Assembly (NCBI GenBank): GCA_023248155.1
Contig: JAHFFE010000002.1
Location: 42,263-106,262 of the forward strand
Source: Candidatus Omnitrophota bacterium
GTDB taxonomy: Bacteria > Omnitrophota > Gorgyraeia > 1-14-0-20-64-10
Reading direction: 5' to 3'
DNA: 64,000 bases
Part shown: positions 1 to 10,446 of the stretch, in pieces
How positions within the stretch are numbered: the first letter of the stretch is position 1
Layout of the letters: each line of letters begins with the position of its first letter
Notes under the pieces: generated by a model
The model's input: the letters and a program-made list of their open reading frames with translations, nothing else
Databases searched by the model: none
What the model was told of the DNA's origin: nothing
Translations under genes and position numbers: made by a program

Positions 1-2163
1 TTTCATGACGCGCGCGCTTTTGACCACCTGCGGCAGAAACATTTTTCCCTGGCCGAACAGGTCGCCGACAATTTTCATGCCGGCCATCAGCGGTCCTTCA
101 ATAATCGAGAGCGCCCGCGGGTATCGCGGCATAATTTCGGCCAGGTCCTGGTCGATAAAGTCGGTGATGCCGTTGACCAGCGCGTAGGAGAGCCGTTCTT
201 CGGCTGTTTTTTTGCGCCACTCGGCCTCTTTCTTTTCCGCTTTGGCGCCGGCCCCTTGCTGCAGCCCTTCAGAATATTTCAGCAGCCGCTCGGTCGCGTC
301 GGGACGGCGATTGAGCACCAAATCTTCGACCAGCTCCAGCAGGTCCTTCGGAATTTCTTCGTAGATCGTCAGCAATCCCGGGTTGACGATGCCGGTGTCC
401 ATGCCGGCCCGGATCGCGTGGTACAGAAAGCAGGCGTGGATCGCTTCGCGCACCACATTGATGCCGCGGAAAGAAAAGGAGATGTTGCTGATTCCGCCGG
501 TGATATGCGAAAGCGGAAACCGTTTCTTCAGTTCGCGGCAGGCCTCGATATATTCCAGCGCGTAGTTGTTGTGCTCATCCATGCCGGTCCCGACCGTCAG
601 CACATTCGGATCGAAGAAAATATCTTGAGGAGGGAAACCAACCTCTTCGGTCAGGATTTTGTAGGCGCGCGCGCAGATCGCCACTTTTTGCTCAGCAGTG
701 GTGGCCTGGCCTTTTTCGTCGAACGCCATCACGACGGCGGCGGCGCCATACCGGCGGATCAGCCGCGCCCGCTGCAGAAACGGTTCCGGACCTTCCTTCA
801 AGCTGATCGAGTTAACGATCGATTTTCCCTGAAGGCATTGAAGCCCCGCCTCGATCACCGACCATTTCGACGAGTCGACCATCACCACGACGCGGCTGAT
901 TTCCGGTTCGGATCCGACCATGTTTAAAAACCGCGTCATCGCCGCTTCGGAATCGAGCAGGCCTTCGTCAAGGTTTACATCAATGATGAATGCGCCCGAT
1001 TCGATCTGCTGTTTGGCGACGCGCAGCGCCTCCTCGTAATTGCCCGACAGGATTGCTTTCGAAAATTTGGGAGAACCGGTGATGTTGGTCCGCTCGCCGA
1101 TGTTCGTGAAGTTGATTTCCGGCCGCAGCGCCAGCGGTTCCAGTCCGCTTAAGCGGGTGACCGGTTCCGGGTGCGCCGGTTTTCGCGGCGCCTTGTCGGC
1201 AACGGCCTGCGCGATGGCGGCAATATGATCCGGCGTGGTGCCGCAGCAGCCGCCGACGATATTTACCAGACCGCTGGCGGCGAATTCTCCGACGAGCGCG
1301 GCCATCGACGCGGGCGTCTCGTCGTATTCGCCGAACTGGTTCGGCAGGCCGGCGTTGGGATAAGCGCTGATGAAACAATCGGCCGCGCGCGACAATGTTT
1401 CGATGTGCGGCCGCATTTCAGCGGCGCCCAACGCGCAGTTCAAGCCGACGGCCAGCAGGTTGCCGTGCGCGACCGAATTCCAGAATGCTTCCGGTGTTTG
1501 TCCCGACAATGTGCGGCCGCTGCGGTCGGTGATCGTGCCGCTGATCATCAACGGCAGTTTCTTGCCGGTCTTTTCAAAATGGGAGAGCGCCGCGAAAATC
1601 GCCGCTTTGCAGTTGAGCGTATCGAACACCGTTTCAATCAGCAGCAGATCGGCGCCGCCATCGTCGAGTCCGCGGATCTGTTCGGCGTACACTTCTACCA
1701 GCTGATTGAAATTGACGGCGCGGAAACCCGGGTCGTTTACATTGGGGGAGATTGACGCGGTTTTGTTCGTCGGACCAATTGCACCGGCCACGAACCGCGG
1801 TTTGTTCGGATTCCGGTCGGTGGCCTGATCAGCCGCCGCGCGCGCCAGCCGGGCGGCGGCGACATTCAGGTCATAAACATGGCTCTCGAATCCGTAATCA
1901 GCCATCGAGAACCAGTTTGAGTTGAAGGTATTGGTTTCGATGATATCGGCGCCGGCCGCCAGATATTTGGCATGAATTTCCTGAATGATTTTTGGCTGCG
2001 TAAGAACCAGCGCGTCGTTGTTGCCTTTTAACGACGACGGATGATTTTTGAAAAGATCACCGCGGTAGCCGGCTTCATCCAGTTTGTAGCCCTGGATCAT
2101 CGTGCCCATGGCACCGTCGAGAATCAGGATCCGTTTTTGAATTGCGTCGAGGATATTCTTCAT
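1..2163 (-). CDS. metH: Cobalamin-dependent methionine synthase MetH, N-terminal homocysteine- and pterin-binding modules; partial, the C-terminal part runs past the left edge
   Basis: Manual minus-strand translation from the ATG at 2163 gives [24 protein letters not shown]...[11 protein letters not shown]...[12 protein letters not shown]...[12 protein letters not shown], a canonical MetH N-terminal half. No stop in the window, so it is absent from the supplied ORF track; the plus-strand track ORFs at 256-1755 are antisense artefacts. Confidence 0.9.
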   Translation of the reverse strand, partial: MKNILDAIQKRILILDGAMGTMIQGYKLDEAGYRGDLFKNHPSSLKGNNDALVLTQPKIIQEIHAKYLAAGADIIETNTFNSNWFSMADYGFESHVYDLNVAAARLARAAADQATDRNPNKPRFVAGAIGPTNKTASISPNVNDPGFRAVNFNQLVEVYAEQIRGLDDGGADLLLIETVFDTLNCKAAIFAALSHFEKTGKKLPLMISGTITDRSGRTLSGQTPEAFWNSVAHGNLLAVGLNCALGAAEMRPHIETLSRAADCFISAYPNAGLPNQFGEYDETPASMAALVGEFAASGLVNIVGGCCGTTPDHIAAIAQAVADKAPRKPAHPEPVTRLSGLEPLALRPEINFTNIGERTNITGSPKFSKAILSGNYEEALRVAKQQIESGAFIIDVNLDEGLLDSEAAMTRFLNMVGSEPEISRVVVMVDSSKWSVIEAGLQCLQGKSIVNSISLKEGPEPFLQRARLIRRYGAAAVVMAFDEKGQATTAEQKVAICARAYKILTEEVGFPPQDIFFDPNVLTVGTGMDEHNNYALEYIEACRELKKRFPLSHITGGISNISFSFRGINVVREAIHACFLYHAIRAGMDTGIVNPGLLTIYEEIPKDLLELVEDLVLNRRPDATERLLKYSEGLQQGAGAKAEKKEAEWRKKTAEERLSYALVNGITDFIDQDLAEIMPRYPRALSIIEGPLMAGMKIVGDLFGQGKMFLPQVVKSARVMK

Positions 2164-2196
2164 CGGACTAGAGAATCAGTATAACAAATAACAAAT

Positions 2197-3408
2197 TTAT
2201 CCGGCGAATTTCCGGGCGATCAACGCCGTGCAAACGCCCAGGTAAGTGCCGAGCAGGTTTCCCAGGATTGCCATCAGCAGGCCGATCGTTGCCATCGCCG
2301 GAGAAAATGCCGCGCCGACCATCGGCGCGGAGACGGTTCCGCCGATGTTTGCCTGCGAGGCGGCGGCCACCAGTCCCAGCGGCGCCCGGAACAGAAACCG
2401 TCCGGCTGAAAATAAAATCAGTCCATGAATAACAATCCAGGTCAGTCCTACTGCCAAAAAAACCGGTGTTTGGAAAACAGAGGCCAGGTCGGCGCGCGCG
2501 CCAATCGTGGTCAGCAGCAGGTAGAGCAGAAATTGCGCGGCCGCCGCAGTCCGGGTGCCGGCCTGTTTTCGCAACGGCGTGGCGGATAACATTAATCCGA
2601 GTGCTGTAACCAGAAGAATTGTCCAGGTGGTTGCGCTGAAACCATTGCCTAGGATTGGCAGACGCTGCGCAATTTTTTGCGCACTGATTGATAGCGCGAT
2701 GCTGAGTCCGATCAATAGAATAAAATCGCCCGAAGGGGAGCTGATGGCCGGGCCGCTTGTCCCGCCCAGCGAGCGGGACTGCACTATTGGAAGTCCTTCG
2801 CTCCCACTCGCTACTACTCGTGGACCGTGCCCGCTTAGGCCTTCCGATGCCCGCTCATCTTCTCCCCTCCGAACGATTTTTCCCCATGTTGTTTCCCATT
2901 TTGCGCTGTAGATTAGCAGCGCCATCCAGCTGTAAGCGACCGCCGCATCGACGATCACCAGTGGTCCCAGCAAACTGTCGGGCATATTCAGCGCTTCTTT
3001 TACGGCCAGCATATTGGCCGATCCGCCGGTCCAGCTTCCGGTTAATGCGCCGATTGCGGCCCAGCTTCCGTCGGGAAGCCATCGCCGGTAAATCCAAAAA
3101 CTAATCAACCCGCCGGCCATTGTTCCTACGCATCCGGCCAGCATCACGCCGATGGCCGATCCCGATAATTTCCGCAGCGCCGGCAGATCGGTCTCGATCA
3201 AAAGCAAAATCAGGCAGACCGGCAGTAATTGTTTTGAGCCGAATAGATAGAGACTGCTTTCGTGCGGGATCAGCCCTGCGGTGGCGGCCAGCATCGGCAG
3301 AAAATAACACCAGAACGGGACCGGCGCCCACTTTAACCAGCGCTGTTTCATCAACAGCAATACAAGTCCGGCCAGCAGAATTCCTAAAACGACGGGGGAA
3401 TGAATCAT
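2197..3408 (-). CDS. DUF819 family polytopic membrane protein with an extra low-complexity central loop
   Basis: 403-aa ORF with many TM segments and DUF819-like N- and C-terminal halves. A central Ser/Gly-rich insert (…GEDERASEGLSGHGPRVVASGSEGL…) overlies a palindromic DNA stretch at about 2760-2890. Confidence 0.55.
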   Translation of the reverse strand: MIHSPVVLGILLAGLVLLLMKQRWLKWAPVPFWCYFLPMLAATAGLIPHESSLYLFGSKQLLPVCLILLLIETDLPALRKLSGSAIGVMLAGCVGTMAGGLISFWIYRRWLPDGSWAAIGALTGSWTGGSANMLAVKEALNMPDSLLGPLVIVDAAVAYSWMALLIYSAKWETTWGKIVRRGEDERASEGLSGHGPRVVASGSEGLPIVQSRSLGGTSGPAISSPSGDFILLIGLSIALSISAQKIAQRLPILGNGFSATTWTILLVTALGLMLSATPLRKQAGTRTAAAAQFLLYLLLTTIGARADLASVFQTPVFLAVGLTWIVIHGLILFSAGRFLFRAPLGLVAAASQANIGGTVSAPMVGAAFSPAMATIGLLMAILGNLLGTYLGVCTALIARKFAG

Positions 3409-4457
3409 CCGTTGCGCGATAGCACAGTTAATCGGGAGCCCTCGGTTTTGAAGCCCGGGTTCCCGCCTGGATTTTTTACCAGCAGGTGCGAATCGAGGTC
3501 GATAAAATCAAATGCGCCGGTTCCGCAGGCCAGCGCCACGCTGGGCCAAAGCCCGATCGCCGATTCTGCCATGCAGCTGATCATTAATTTCAGATGGGCT
3601 TTGCGCGCCATCGCGATAATTTCCAGTGCTCCCGAAAGACCCGATTTCGCCAGTTTTACGCAAACCGCCGATGCCGCTTTCTTGCGGATAATTTTCCGCG
3701 CATCGGCCGCGCTGCGAGCTGATTCATCGGCGCAGACCGGAATTTTCAGCGCCTGCGTCACTTTTTTCAATTCCGTCAGCGCTTTTTTGGGCACCGGCTG
3801 TTCCAATAGATCCACCGGCCATGATCGGTCCAGTTGTTTCATAAACGCAAGTGTGGCCGCGGCGTTGCGGAAACCCTGATTCGCGTCGAGCCATAACCGC
3901 GCGCGGGGCGCTGCCGCATGCACCGCTTGAATCCGCTGAAGATCACCGTCAGCATCTCGGCCGGTCAGCTTGATTTTAAATGTACGGAATCCGCGCTGAT
4001 AAGCGGATCGCACCGCTCGGGCCGCATCGGCGGTGGGCCAGGCCGAGATCGTTAACGCCGTCGTGACCGATCGTTTTTTTCCGCCGAACTGTTTCCAGAG
4101 AGAAGTTTTGTTTGTGAGGGCAAAGGCATCGCGCAGCGCGCATTCCAGCGCGGCCGCTGCCGTCGGATAATGGGACAGTTTTTTCCAGCTGTTGCGGATC
4201 AATTTGGGATATTTTGAAATCGGTTTTCCGATGAGATCTTTTTTTAATCCGGACAGTGCGCGGCTCATTGCCGCTTGCGTTTGGTCGGGCCAGGCCAATG
4301 AGGCGGACGCTTCGCCGATGCCGGTGGTTTCATCGGACAATCTGATTTTTACCAGCAGATTCCGGCTCTCAGTCTTTTGTCCGCGCGCCGTGATAAAAAT
4401 CTGTTTCATCGGCAGGTTCCAGCGGAGAAGCTGGATTTTAATAATGCGCGGGGTCAC
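3405..4457 (-). CDS. L-Ala-D/L-Glu (dipeptide) epimerase, enolase superfamily (MR/MLE)
   Basis: 350 aa with KIKLTG, DANQG and ADES catalytic-region motifs typical of the muconate-lactonizing/dipeptide epimerase family. Adjacent to an NlpC/P60 peptidase, as in B. subtilis ykfB/ykfC. Confidence 0.75.
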   Translation of the reverse strand: MTPRIIKIQLLRWNLPMKQIFITARGQKTESRNLLVKIRLSDETTGIGEASASLAWPDQTQAAMSRALSGLKKDLIGKPISKYPKLIRNSWKKLSHYPTAAAALECALRDAFALTNKTSLWKQFGGKKRSVTTALTISAWPTADAARAVRSAYQRGFRTFKIKLTGRDADGDLQRIQAVHAAAPRARLWLDANQGFRNAAATLAFMKQLDRSWPVDLLEQPVPKKALTELKKVTQALKIPVCADESARSAADARKIIRKKAASAVCVKLAKSGLSGALEIIAMARKAHLKLMISCMAESAIGLWPSVALACGTGAFDFIDLDSHLLVKNPGGNPGFKTEGSRLTVLSRNG

Positions 4458-4536
4458 CCCACCACCTCCATCCGTACCAACAGTACGGTTTCGTTCCGAA
4501 ACATGAAACGGAGTTTCATAGATAGAGGTGGTGGGG

Positions 4537-5499
4537 TTATTCCCAATTTAAGTAAGTTCCATAGTCAACCTGGCGGTCCGGCTCTTCGCGCAGCCGTTCA
4601 TCCAGATCGATTTCGCGCACCGTTTTTCCGGTGTTGGGCGCTTCAATCACGCGGTTGTTTCCACTATAGAGCATCACATGGGTGACTTTTTTGGAATTTT
4701 TCGGATCAAATAGAAAAACAAGATCGCCCAGCCGGAGTAGACTCCGTGAGGTTTTATCGCAGTTCATCCATTGTTCATGCGCATCCCGCGGCAGGAGAAG
4801 GTTATTTGCCTGATAGATCAGCCCGATTAACCCCGAACAGTCAACGCCGGTATGCGGAGGAGACGGTTGTTGCGGATCGTACCCGCTGCGGCCTCCCCAA
4901 TAATAAGGATCTCCCAAAAAGAGGCGCGCGGTCTCAACAATTCTCGGATAAAGCAGTTCTTGGGATGATTGAATTTCCTCAATCCGCTGCTGGGGGAGCG
5001 CCTGATTTTCATGGATCCAGGTCTGCGTTCCGTCCAGCAGACGCAGTTTCCACCAGCCATTTTCTTTTGTTCCAGTCAGATGCGTTCCAATTGAGAAACG
5101 AATGAAGACCGGTTCTTTGTCCGATGGTTTTAAACGGGCGTCCGCTTGTTTCGCCGTGATCGTTATTTTTGGAAACCAGTTGTTTTGATCGCTCACCACC
5201 GCCGTTTTGCGGATCCAGCCGGGGTATCCTTCCCAGCGCTGATGGTGCGTGAATTCCTGTTGTTCGGGGCAGAGAACGCGCAGCCAATCACCGCGTTCTT
5301 CCAAAACGCGTACCGGATCGCCGTAGAGAAGCTGGGTTTCTTCAAGCGGGTCATGGTTCCGTTCAGCCGGCGGGTCCGACGGTTCTGTCCTTACATCGGC
5401 TACCGGCACGCAGATCCGTCCGTTGTATGGGAACGAAGCTCCCTCCGCTGCCGTCAGCGCGAAAAAAAATAATAAAATAAACGCCGGAATGCGAACCAT
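4537..5499 (-). CDS. Secreted NlpC/P60 family peptidoglycan endopeptidase (likely gamma-D-Glu-diamino-acid endopeptidase) with an SH3-like N-terminal domain
   Basis: N-terminal signal peptide (MVRIPAFILLFFFALTAAEG). C-terminal DCSGLIGLIY...H...EAPN block fits the Cys-His-His NlpC/P60 catalytic core. Confidence 0.8.
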   Translation of the reverse strand: MVRIPAFILLFFFALTAAEGASFPYNGRICVPVADVRTEPSDPPAERNHDPLEETQLLYGDPVRVLEERGDWLRVLCPEQQEFTHHQRWEGYPGWIRKTAVVSDQNNWFPKITITAKQADARLKPSDKEPVFIRFSIGTHLTGTKENGWWKLRLLDGTQTWIHENQALPQQRIEEIQSSQELLYPRIVETARLFLGDPYYWGGRSGYDPQQPSPPHTGVDCSGLIGLIYQANNLLLPRDAHEQWMNCDKTSRSLLRLGDLVFLFDPKNSKKVTHVMLYSGNNRVIEAPNTGKTVREIDLDERLREEPDRQVDYGTYLNWE

Positions 5500-5554
5500 A
5501 AATTTATTATCCCACGAAAAACATTCACGCTTCTATTCTGGTATAGTGGAAGCC

Positions 5555-6328
5555 ATGTTCCGGTCAGTCGTGAAATCCGCGTCTCTTTTTCTGCTGGCAT
5601 TTTTCGTTTCTGCGTTGCCGGCGCGGGCCGTTTCTTTGGAAAGCCTGACCGACTCCGAAAAACAACTGCGCATTTCCATCTTCAATAAAGTCGATCCGGT
5701 GCTTGCCAAGAAAAAAGAGAAGGGGACTGCGCCGTTATTTACCTACCGGCAGTTTTACGCGCCGTTGAACAAGAAGGAACGGGCTTTTCTGGACGAAATC
5801 CGCGCCGTGGATCCGGACAAAATCGAAGGAGCCAGCCGCCCATTGCCGCCGCCCGCGCCCGATACGGAATTTGTTCCGCTGGGTAAGCAAGTGACGATTC
5901 GCGACGGAAAATCGATCAAGCTGGATCCGCAATATCTGCCGAGGGCCGTTTACGATGCGTATCAGGCGATGATGGCCGCGATGGAAAAAGAGATTGGCAA
6001 ACGGCTGCTGGTCGAGTCAGGATACCGTTCGCCGGCCTATCAGCTGTACCTATTTTTGTTCTATATGCCGAAGCATGATTTCTCGATCCGCGAGACGAAC
6101 CGCCATGTGGCGCTGCCCGGTTGCAGCGAGCATGGCAGTCCGGCGCGGCAGGCAATCGATTTCATTACGCCGGGCGGCATCAACGGCGAGGATCATCCCG
6201 AAGAGTTCGAAGCGCTTGAAGAATACCGCTGGCTGCAGCGCCGCGCGAAAAGTTTCGGTTTTTATCTGTCATATCCGCGCGGCGGAAAATCGGCGTTCGA
6301 ACCCTGGCACTGGCATTATGAGCAATAA
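5555..6328 (+). CDS. Peptidase M15 (VanY/D-Ala-D-Ala carboxypeptidase-like) secreted enzyme
   Basis: Start chosen at the ATG at 5555 (MFRSVVKSASLFLLAFFVSALPARA signal peptide). SEHGSPARQAIDF (SxHxxGxAxD) and EPWHWHY motifs are typical of M15B/VanY. Divergent from the NlpC/P60-epimerase pair. Confidence 0.75.
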   Translation: MFRSVVKSASLFLLAFFVSALPARAVSLESLTDSEKQLRISIFNKVDPVLAKKKEKGTAPLFTYRQFYAPLNKKERAFLDEIRAVDPDKIEGASRPLPPPAPDTEFVPLGKQVTIRDGKSIKLDPQYLPRAVYDAYQAMMAAMEKEIGKRLLVESGYRSPAYQLYLFLFYMPKHDFSIRETNRHVALPGCSEHGSPARQAIDFITPGGINGEDHPEEFEALEEYRWLQRRAKSFGFYLSYPRGGKSAFEPWHWHYEQ

Positions 6329-7637
6329 CGGTCAATTAAAACGGTCGCTCGGTTTGGTCGACGCCACGTCGCTGGTGATTAGCTGCGTGATTGGCGTCGG
6401 AATTTTCCGCACCGCTGCCTCCGTCGCCGCGCATGCGCAAGCCCCCTGGGTTGTTCTACTGGCCTGGGTCGTCGGCGGCGCGCTCTCATTTTTGGGCGCG
6501 TTGTGCTATGCCGAGCTGGGCGCCGCCTATCCGCAGGCCGGCGGCGATTATATTTATCTGTCGCGCGCCTACGGCCCCTGCGTCGGATTCCTGTTCGGGT
6601 GGACAAAAATATTGATCGAACGGATCGGCACCATCACCATTTTGGGCATCGTCTTTGCTGATTACCTGTCGCGGCTGGTTCATTACGGCCCCGATGTTTC
6701 CCGCGCGGTGGCCACGGCCGCGATCCTTTTGCTGACCGGCGTGAACATTCTGGGCGTTCATCTGGGGAAAAACCTGCAGAATTTTCTGGCCGCGCTTAAA
6801 ATCGCGGCGCTGCTGTTGATCATCGGCGTCGGGTTGTTTTCCGGCGGCGCGCACTGGGATTATTTAAGCACCAGCACCGTTGTCCGGATCAATGCGCAGT
6901 CGATCCAAATGTTCGGCATGGCGCTGGTTTTTGTTTTCTGGACCTACGGCGGATGGGAAGCCTCGGCCTATGTCGCTGAGGAGGTGAACGATCCTGCCCG
7001 CGTTCTGCCCTGGTCGATCCTCTATGGATTACTGATCATCACCGTTCTCTATCTGACGGTGAATATGGTTTATATGCTTTATGTTCCTCTGTCGCAGATG
7101 CCGGGCAAGCCGCTGATGGCCGCCGAGGTAATGAAACAGGCGCTCGGTCCCTGGGGTGAAAAGGGGACTTCGCTGATGGTCGCCTGTTCGGCGCTGGGAG
7201 CGCTCAGCGCGATGGTGATGACCAGCAGCCGCATCTTGCTGGCCGTCGGACGCGATCATGCGCTGATGAAACCGATGGCCGCCATTTCAGAAAAAACGCA
7301 TACGCCGGTCCGCGCGCTGCTGTTTAACGGAGTGGGCGCGGTTGTGCTGCTCTGGATCGGAACGTTCGACCAGATCGTCACCTATTCGACAGTCGCCATC
7401 GCCATTTTCTCGTCGATGGCCGCTTTTTCGGTGATTGTGCTGCGCGCGAAAGATCCGCAGACGCCGCGCCCGTATAAAGTCTGGGGTTATCCGGTAACGC
7501 CAGTGCTGTTCACGGGGGCGATGACGCTCTTTATCGGCAACGCGGCGCTGACATCGCCAAAAGATGCCGGTATCGGGTTCCTGCTGGTGCTGCTGGGAAT
7601 TCCGTTGTATCTTTTCTCGCGCTCTCTAAGAAAATAA
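6318..7637 (+). CDS. APC-superfamily amino-acid permease
   Basis: Real start at ATG 6318 (MSNNGQLKRSLGLVDATSLVISCVIGVGIF…), in frame with track ORF 5994..7637 and overlapping the M15 stop by 11 nt. 12-TM APC-type sequence. Confidence 0.8.
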   Translation: MSNNGQLKRSLGLVDATSLVISCVIGVGIFRTAASVAAHAQAPWVVLLAWVVGGALSFLGALCYAELGAAYPQAGGDYIYLSRAYGPCVGFLFGWTKILIERIGTITILGIVFADYLSRLVHYGPDVSRAVATAAILLLTGVNILGVHLGKNLQNFLAALKIAALLLIIGVGLFSGGAHWDYLSTSTVVRINAQSIQMFGMALVFVFWTYGGWEASAYVAEEVNDPARVLPWSILYGLLIITVLYLTVNMVYMLYVPLSQMPGKPLMAAEVMKQALGPWGEKGTSLMVACSALGALSAMVMTSSRILLAVGRDHALMKPMAAISEKTHTPVRALLFNGVGAVVLLWIGTFDQIVTYSTVAIAIFSSMAAFSVIVLRAKDPQTPRPYKVWGYPVTPVLFTGAMTLFIGNAALTSPKDAGIGFLLVLLGIPLYLFSRSLRK

Positions 7638-7691
7638 AACCGATGGGGGATTGTCTGTTTTTAAACGTTTCATTAATAAAGGAGAATCACA

Positions 7692-7841
7692 ATGACAAAA
7701 TCAATTCTGGCACTCGTGGCGGTTTTGGCAGTGGCGGCGGTTGCAGTGAGCGGCTGTTGCTCGATGAAGAAAAAATCGTGCGATCCGAAAAAAATGAACA
7801 GCTCATCGAGCGCCTGCTGTGTCCCCAGCGCAAAGAAGTAG
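7692..7841 (+). CDS. 49-aa Cys-rich mini-lipoprotein (unannotated small ORF)
   Basis: AAGGAGAA Shine-Dalgarno 7 nt upstream of ATG 7692. MTKSILALVAVLAVAAVAVSG|CCSMKKKSCDPKKMNSSSSACCVPSAKK has a lipobox-like VSGC and five further Cys in CC…C…CC spacing. Below the track's 60-aa cutoff. Confidence 0.5.
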   Translation: MTKSILALVAVLAVAAVAVSGCCSMKKKSCDPKKMNSSSSACCVPSAKK

Positions 7842-7853
7842 GATTAATTTACT

Positions 7854-10103
7854 ATGCCCCGGCCGAGCGGATGGCGCAGTTCCGTTGGCCGGGTTCTTTT
7901 TCTGCTGATTTTGACGGCCGGCTGCCGCACTGCGGGACTAACGCCGGTGAATCCTGAGGCGGAAATGCATTCCAACCGGTTAGCGCGCGAAAAAAGTCCC
8001 TACCTGCTTCAGCACGCCCATAACCCCGTCGACTGGTATCCCTGGAGCGACGAGGCGTTCGAGAAAGCCCGCCGCGAAAACAAACCTATTTTCCTGTCGA
8101 TCGGTTATTCAACCTGCCATTGGTGCCATGTGATGGAGCGCGAATCGTTCGAGAACGATGATCTGGCCGCGGTTCTGAACGCGTCATTCGTTTCCATTAA
8201 AGTCGATCGCGAAGAACGGCCCGATATCGACGGCATTTATATGCAGGCCGTGATGCAGATGACCGGGCATGGCGGTTGGCCGCTTTCTGTTTTTTTGACA
8301 CCCGACAAGAAACCGTTTTATGGTGGAACTTATTTTCCGCCCGAAGACCGCTGGGGCCCGCCCGGATTTAGATCACTGCTGCGCGGCGTGATGAACGCCT
8401 GGGAAAACAAGCGCGCTGAAATCGAAAAATCGGCCAGCGGCATGACCAAAGCGTTGGCGCTCGGCGAAGAAGGGCAGGCGCACCCGCCTGAATCAGAACC
8501 TGCCGGGCGCGCTGTTTTTGACCGTGCATTCATGGCGCTGGAATCGGTTTACGATTCCGTTCACGGCGGTTTTGGAGATGCGCCCAAATTTCCGCGCCCG
8601 CACCTGCTTTTTTTTCTGAACCGCTACGCGCGCCGCGCCAAAAATCCGCGCGCGCTCGAAATGGTCGAGGGAACATTGCGCGCGATGGCTGCCGGCGGGA
8701 TTTGCGATCAGTTGGGCGGCGGCTTTCACCGCTACTCCACCGACGCGCATTGGCACCTGCCTCATTTTGAAAAAATGCTGTATGACCAGGCGCTGCTGGC
8801 CATCGCCTATCTGGAGGCCTATCAGATTACGGGGAAACAAGAGTATGCCCAAACGGCGCGCGCTATCTTCGATTATGTTCTGCGCGATATGACCTCTCCG
8901 GAGGGCGGGTTTTATTCGGCCGAAGATGCGGACAGCGCCGTTGATGCCAGCCAACCGAAGCGCAAGCATGAAGGGGCTTTTTATGTTTGGATGGCGAAAG
9001 AGATCGAGCAGCTGCTGGATTCCGAATCGGCTGCTGTTTTTTCTTACGCCTATGGTATCGGCTTGCACGGTAATGTGACCGAAGATCCGACGGGCGAATT
9101 TCCCGGTAAAAATCATTTGTACCGCGCACGCTCTCTAACCGAGACGGCGCAGCATTTCAAAAAACCGGAGCCGGAAATCGAGTCCATATTAAAGGAAGCT
9201 CGCGTGAAACTATTGCAGGTTCGCACCGGCCGGCCGCGTCCGCATTTAGACGATAAAATTCTTGCCGACTGGAATGGTTGGATGATTGCCGCATTCGCGC
9301 TGGGCGGCCGCGTTTTGCAGGAGCCGCGCTATACGCAGGCCGCCGAACGCGCGATGCAGTTTATTCTGCGTTCGATGGTTCGCTCCGACGGGCGTCTGCT
9401 CCATCGTTGGCGCGGCGGGGAAGCGGCCATTCCGGCAATGCTCGATGATTACGCATTTTTGGCGCATGCATCGATTGAGCTGTATCAGACCACCGGAAAA
9501 ACAACTTATTTAGCCAAAGCCGTCCATTGGACGCGCCGCCAGATTGAACTGTTCTGGCAGGAGGAACCGGCCGGATTTTTTCTCACCGCGCATGATGCCG
9601 AACAGTTGCTGCTCCGTCCGAAGGAATGGACCGACGGCGCGATCCCATCGGGCAATTCGATGGCCGCGGTTAATCTACTCCGCCTCGGGCGGATGACCGG
9701 CGAATCTGATTTTGAGAAACGGGCTGAGCAGATGCTTCGCGCGCAGTCGGCCGCGATCACGCGCAACCCGACCGCTTATCCGCAGGCGCTGGCCGCGCTC
9801 GATTTTTTGTGGGGGCCGACGCGCGAACTGGTGCTGGCCGGTTCTGCCGACGATCCTGTTTTCCAGCGGATGCGCGCCTGGACCGACCGCACATTCCTGC
9901 CGGACACGATCGTCTTGTATCACACGGCCGATGCCGAGGGCCAAGCGCTCGAGAAGGTCGCTCCGTTCGTAAAACCGCAAATTGCGCCGGCCGGCAAGAC
10001 GGCCGCCTACCTCTGCGAGGGCCGGACCTGCCAGGCGCCTGTCGGGGAACTGGATTCGTTGAAACAGCGGTTTGAATTTCCTTCGGCCGATCAGGTACAA
10101 TAA
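7854..10103 (+). CDS. YyaL/DUF255 thioredoxin-domain protein fused to an N-acylglucosamine-2-epimerase-like (six-hairpin) domain
   Basis: NPVDWYPW and [14 protein letters not shown] motifs typical of the DUF255 thioredoxin domain. Long alpha-alpha toroid-like C-terminal part. The 7854 start adds a lipoprotein-like leader (LLILTAGC); an alternative start at ATG 7965 ([18 protein letters not shown]) has a better GAGG Shine-Dalgarno. Confidence 0.85.
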   Translation: MPRPSGWRSSVGRVLFLLILTAGCRTAGLTPVNPEAEMHSNRLAREKSPYLLQHAHNPVDWYPWSDEAFEKARRENKPIFLSIGYSTCHWCHVMERESFENDDLAAVLNASFVSIKVDREERPDIDGIYMQAVMQMTGHGGWPLSVFLTPDKKPFYGGTYFPPEDRWGPPGFRSLLRGVMNAWENKRAEIEKSASGMTKALALGEEGQAHPPESEPAGRAVFDRAFMALESVYDSVHGGFGDAPKFPRPHLLFFLNRYARRAKNPRALEMVEGTLRAMAAGGICDQLGGGFHRYSTDAHWHLPHFEKMLYDQALLAIAYLEAYQITGKQEYAQTARAIFDYVLRDMTSPEGGFYSAEDADSAVDASQPKRKHEGAFYVWMAKEIEQLLDSESAAVFSYAYGIGLHGNVTEDPTGEFPGKNHLYRARSLTETAQHFKKPEPEIESILKEARVKLLQVRTGRPRPHLDDKILADWNGWMIAAFALGGRVLQEPRYTQAAERAMQFILRSMVRSDGRLLHRWRGGEAAIPAMLDDYAFLAHASIELYQTTGKTTYLAKAVHWTRRQIELFWQEEPAGFFLTAHDAEQLLLRPKEWTDGAIPSGNSMAAVNLLRLGRMTGESDFEKRAEQMLRAQSAAITRNPTAYPQALAALDFLWGPTRELVLAGSADDPVFQRMRAWTDRTFLPDTIVLYHTADAEGQALEKVAPFVKPQIAPAGKTAAYLCEGRTCQAPVGELDSLKQRFEFPSADQVQ

Positions 10104-10107
10104 TTAT

Positions 10108-10446
10108 ATGGGCAATCCTAACAAACCGACCCGCGCGCGCGATCCGCGCATTGCGGCCGTCGTCAATCAAAACGGGTGTACCGGCTGCGAGGCCTGTCTG
10201 ACCGTTTGTCCCGTCGACTGCATCGAACCGGTTCCGGGGCCTGATGCTCAACAGCCGGCTGTTTTACGGCTGGTTGAAATCGACCAGGACCGCTGCATCG
10301 GCTGCGGACTCTGCCCGAAAATCTGCCCCTGGGATACGATCACCATGGAACCGTATCCGGCTTCGCGTGAAATCGCGGTGGCTTATACGCTGCGCTCCGT
10401 CGTGCCCGGGCACGCGGCCGGCGTTCCTTCCGAGATGATCGGTTAG
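10108..10446 (+). CDS. 2x[4Fe-4S] ferredoxin
   Basis: Two CxxCxxCxxxCP clusters (CTGCEACLTVCPVDC and CIGCGLCPKICPWD). Start taken at ATG 10108 to avoid overlap with the yyaL-like gene; the track's 10072 start is also possible. Confidence 0.8.
   Translation: MGNPNKPTRARDPRIAAVVNQNGCTGCEACLTVCPVDCIEPVPGPDAQQPAVLRLVEIDQDRCIGCGLCPKICPWDTITMEPYPASREIAVAYTLRSVVPGHAAGVPSEMIG

Noticed and set aside
7643-7957. 104-aa track ORF (MGDCLFLNVSLIKENH…)
   Set aside because: It has no Shine-Dalgarno, no signal or motif, and a Gly-rich low-complexity middle. It overlaps the well-supported 49-aa lipoprotein ORF and the yyaL start, so it is most likely a frame artefact.
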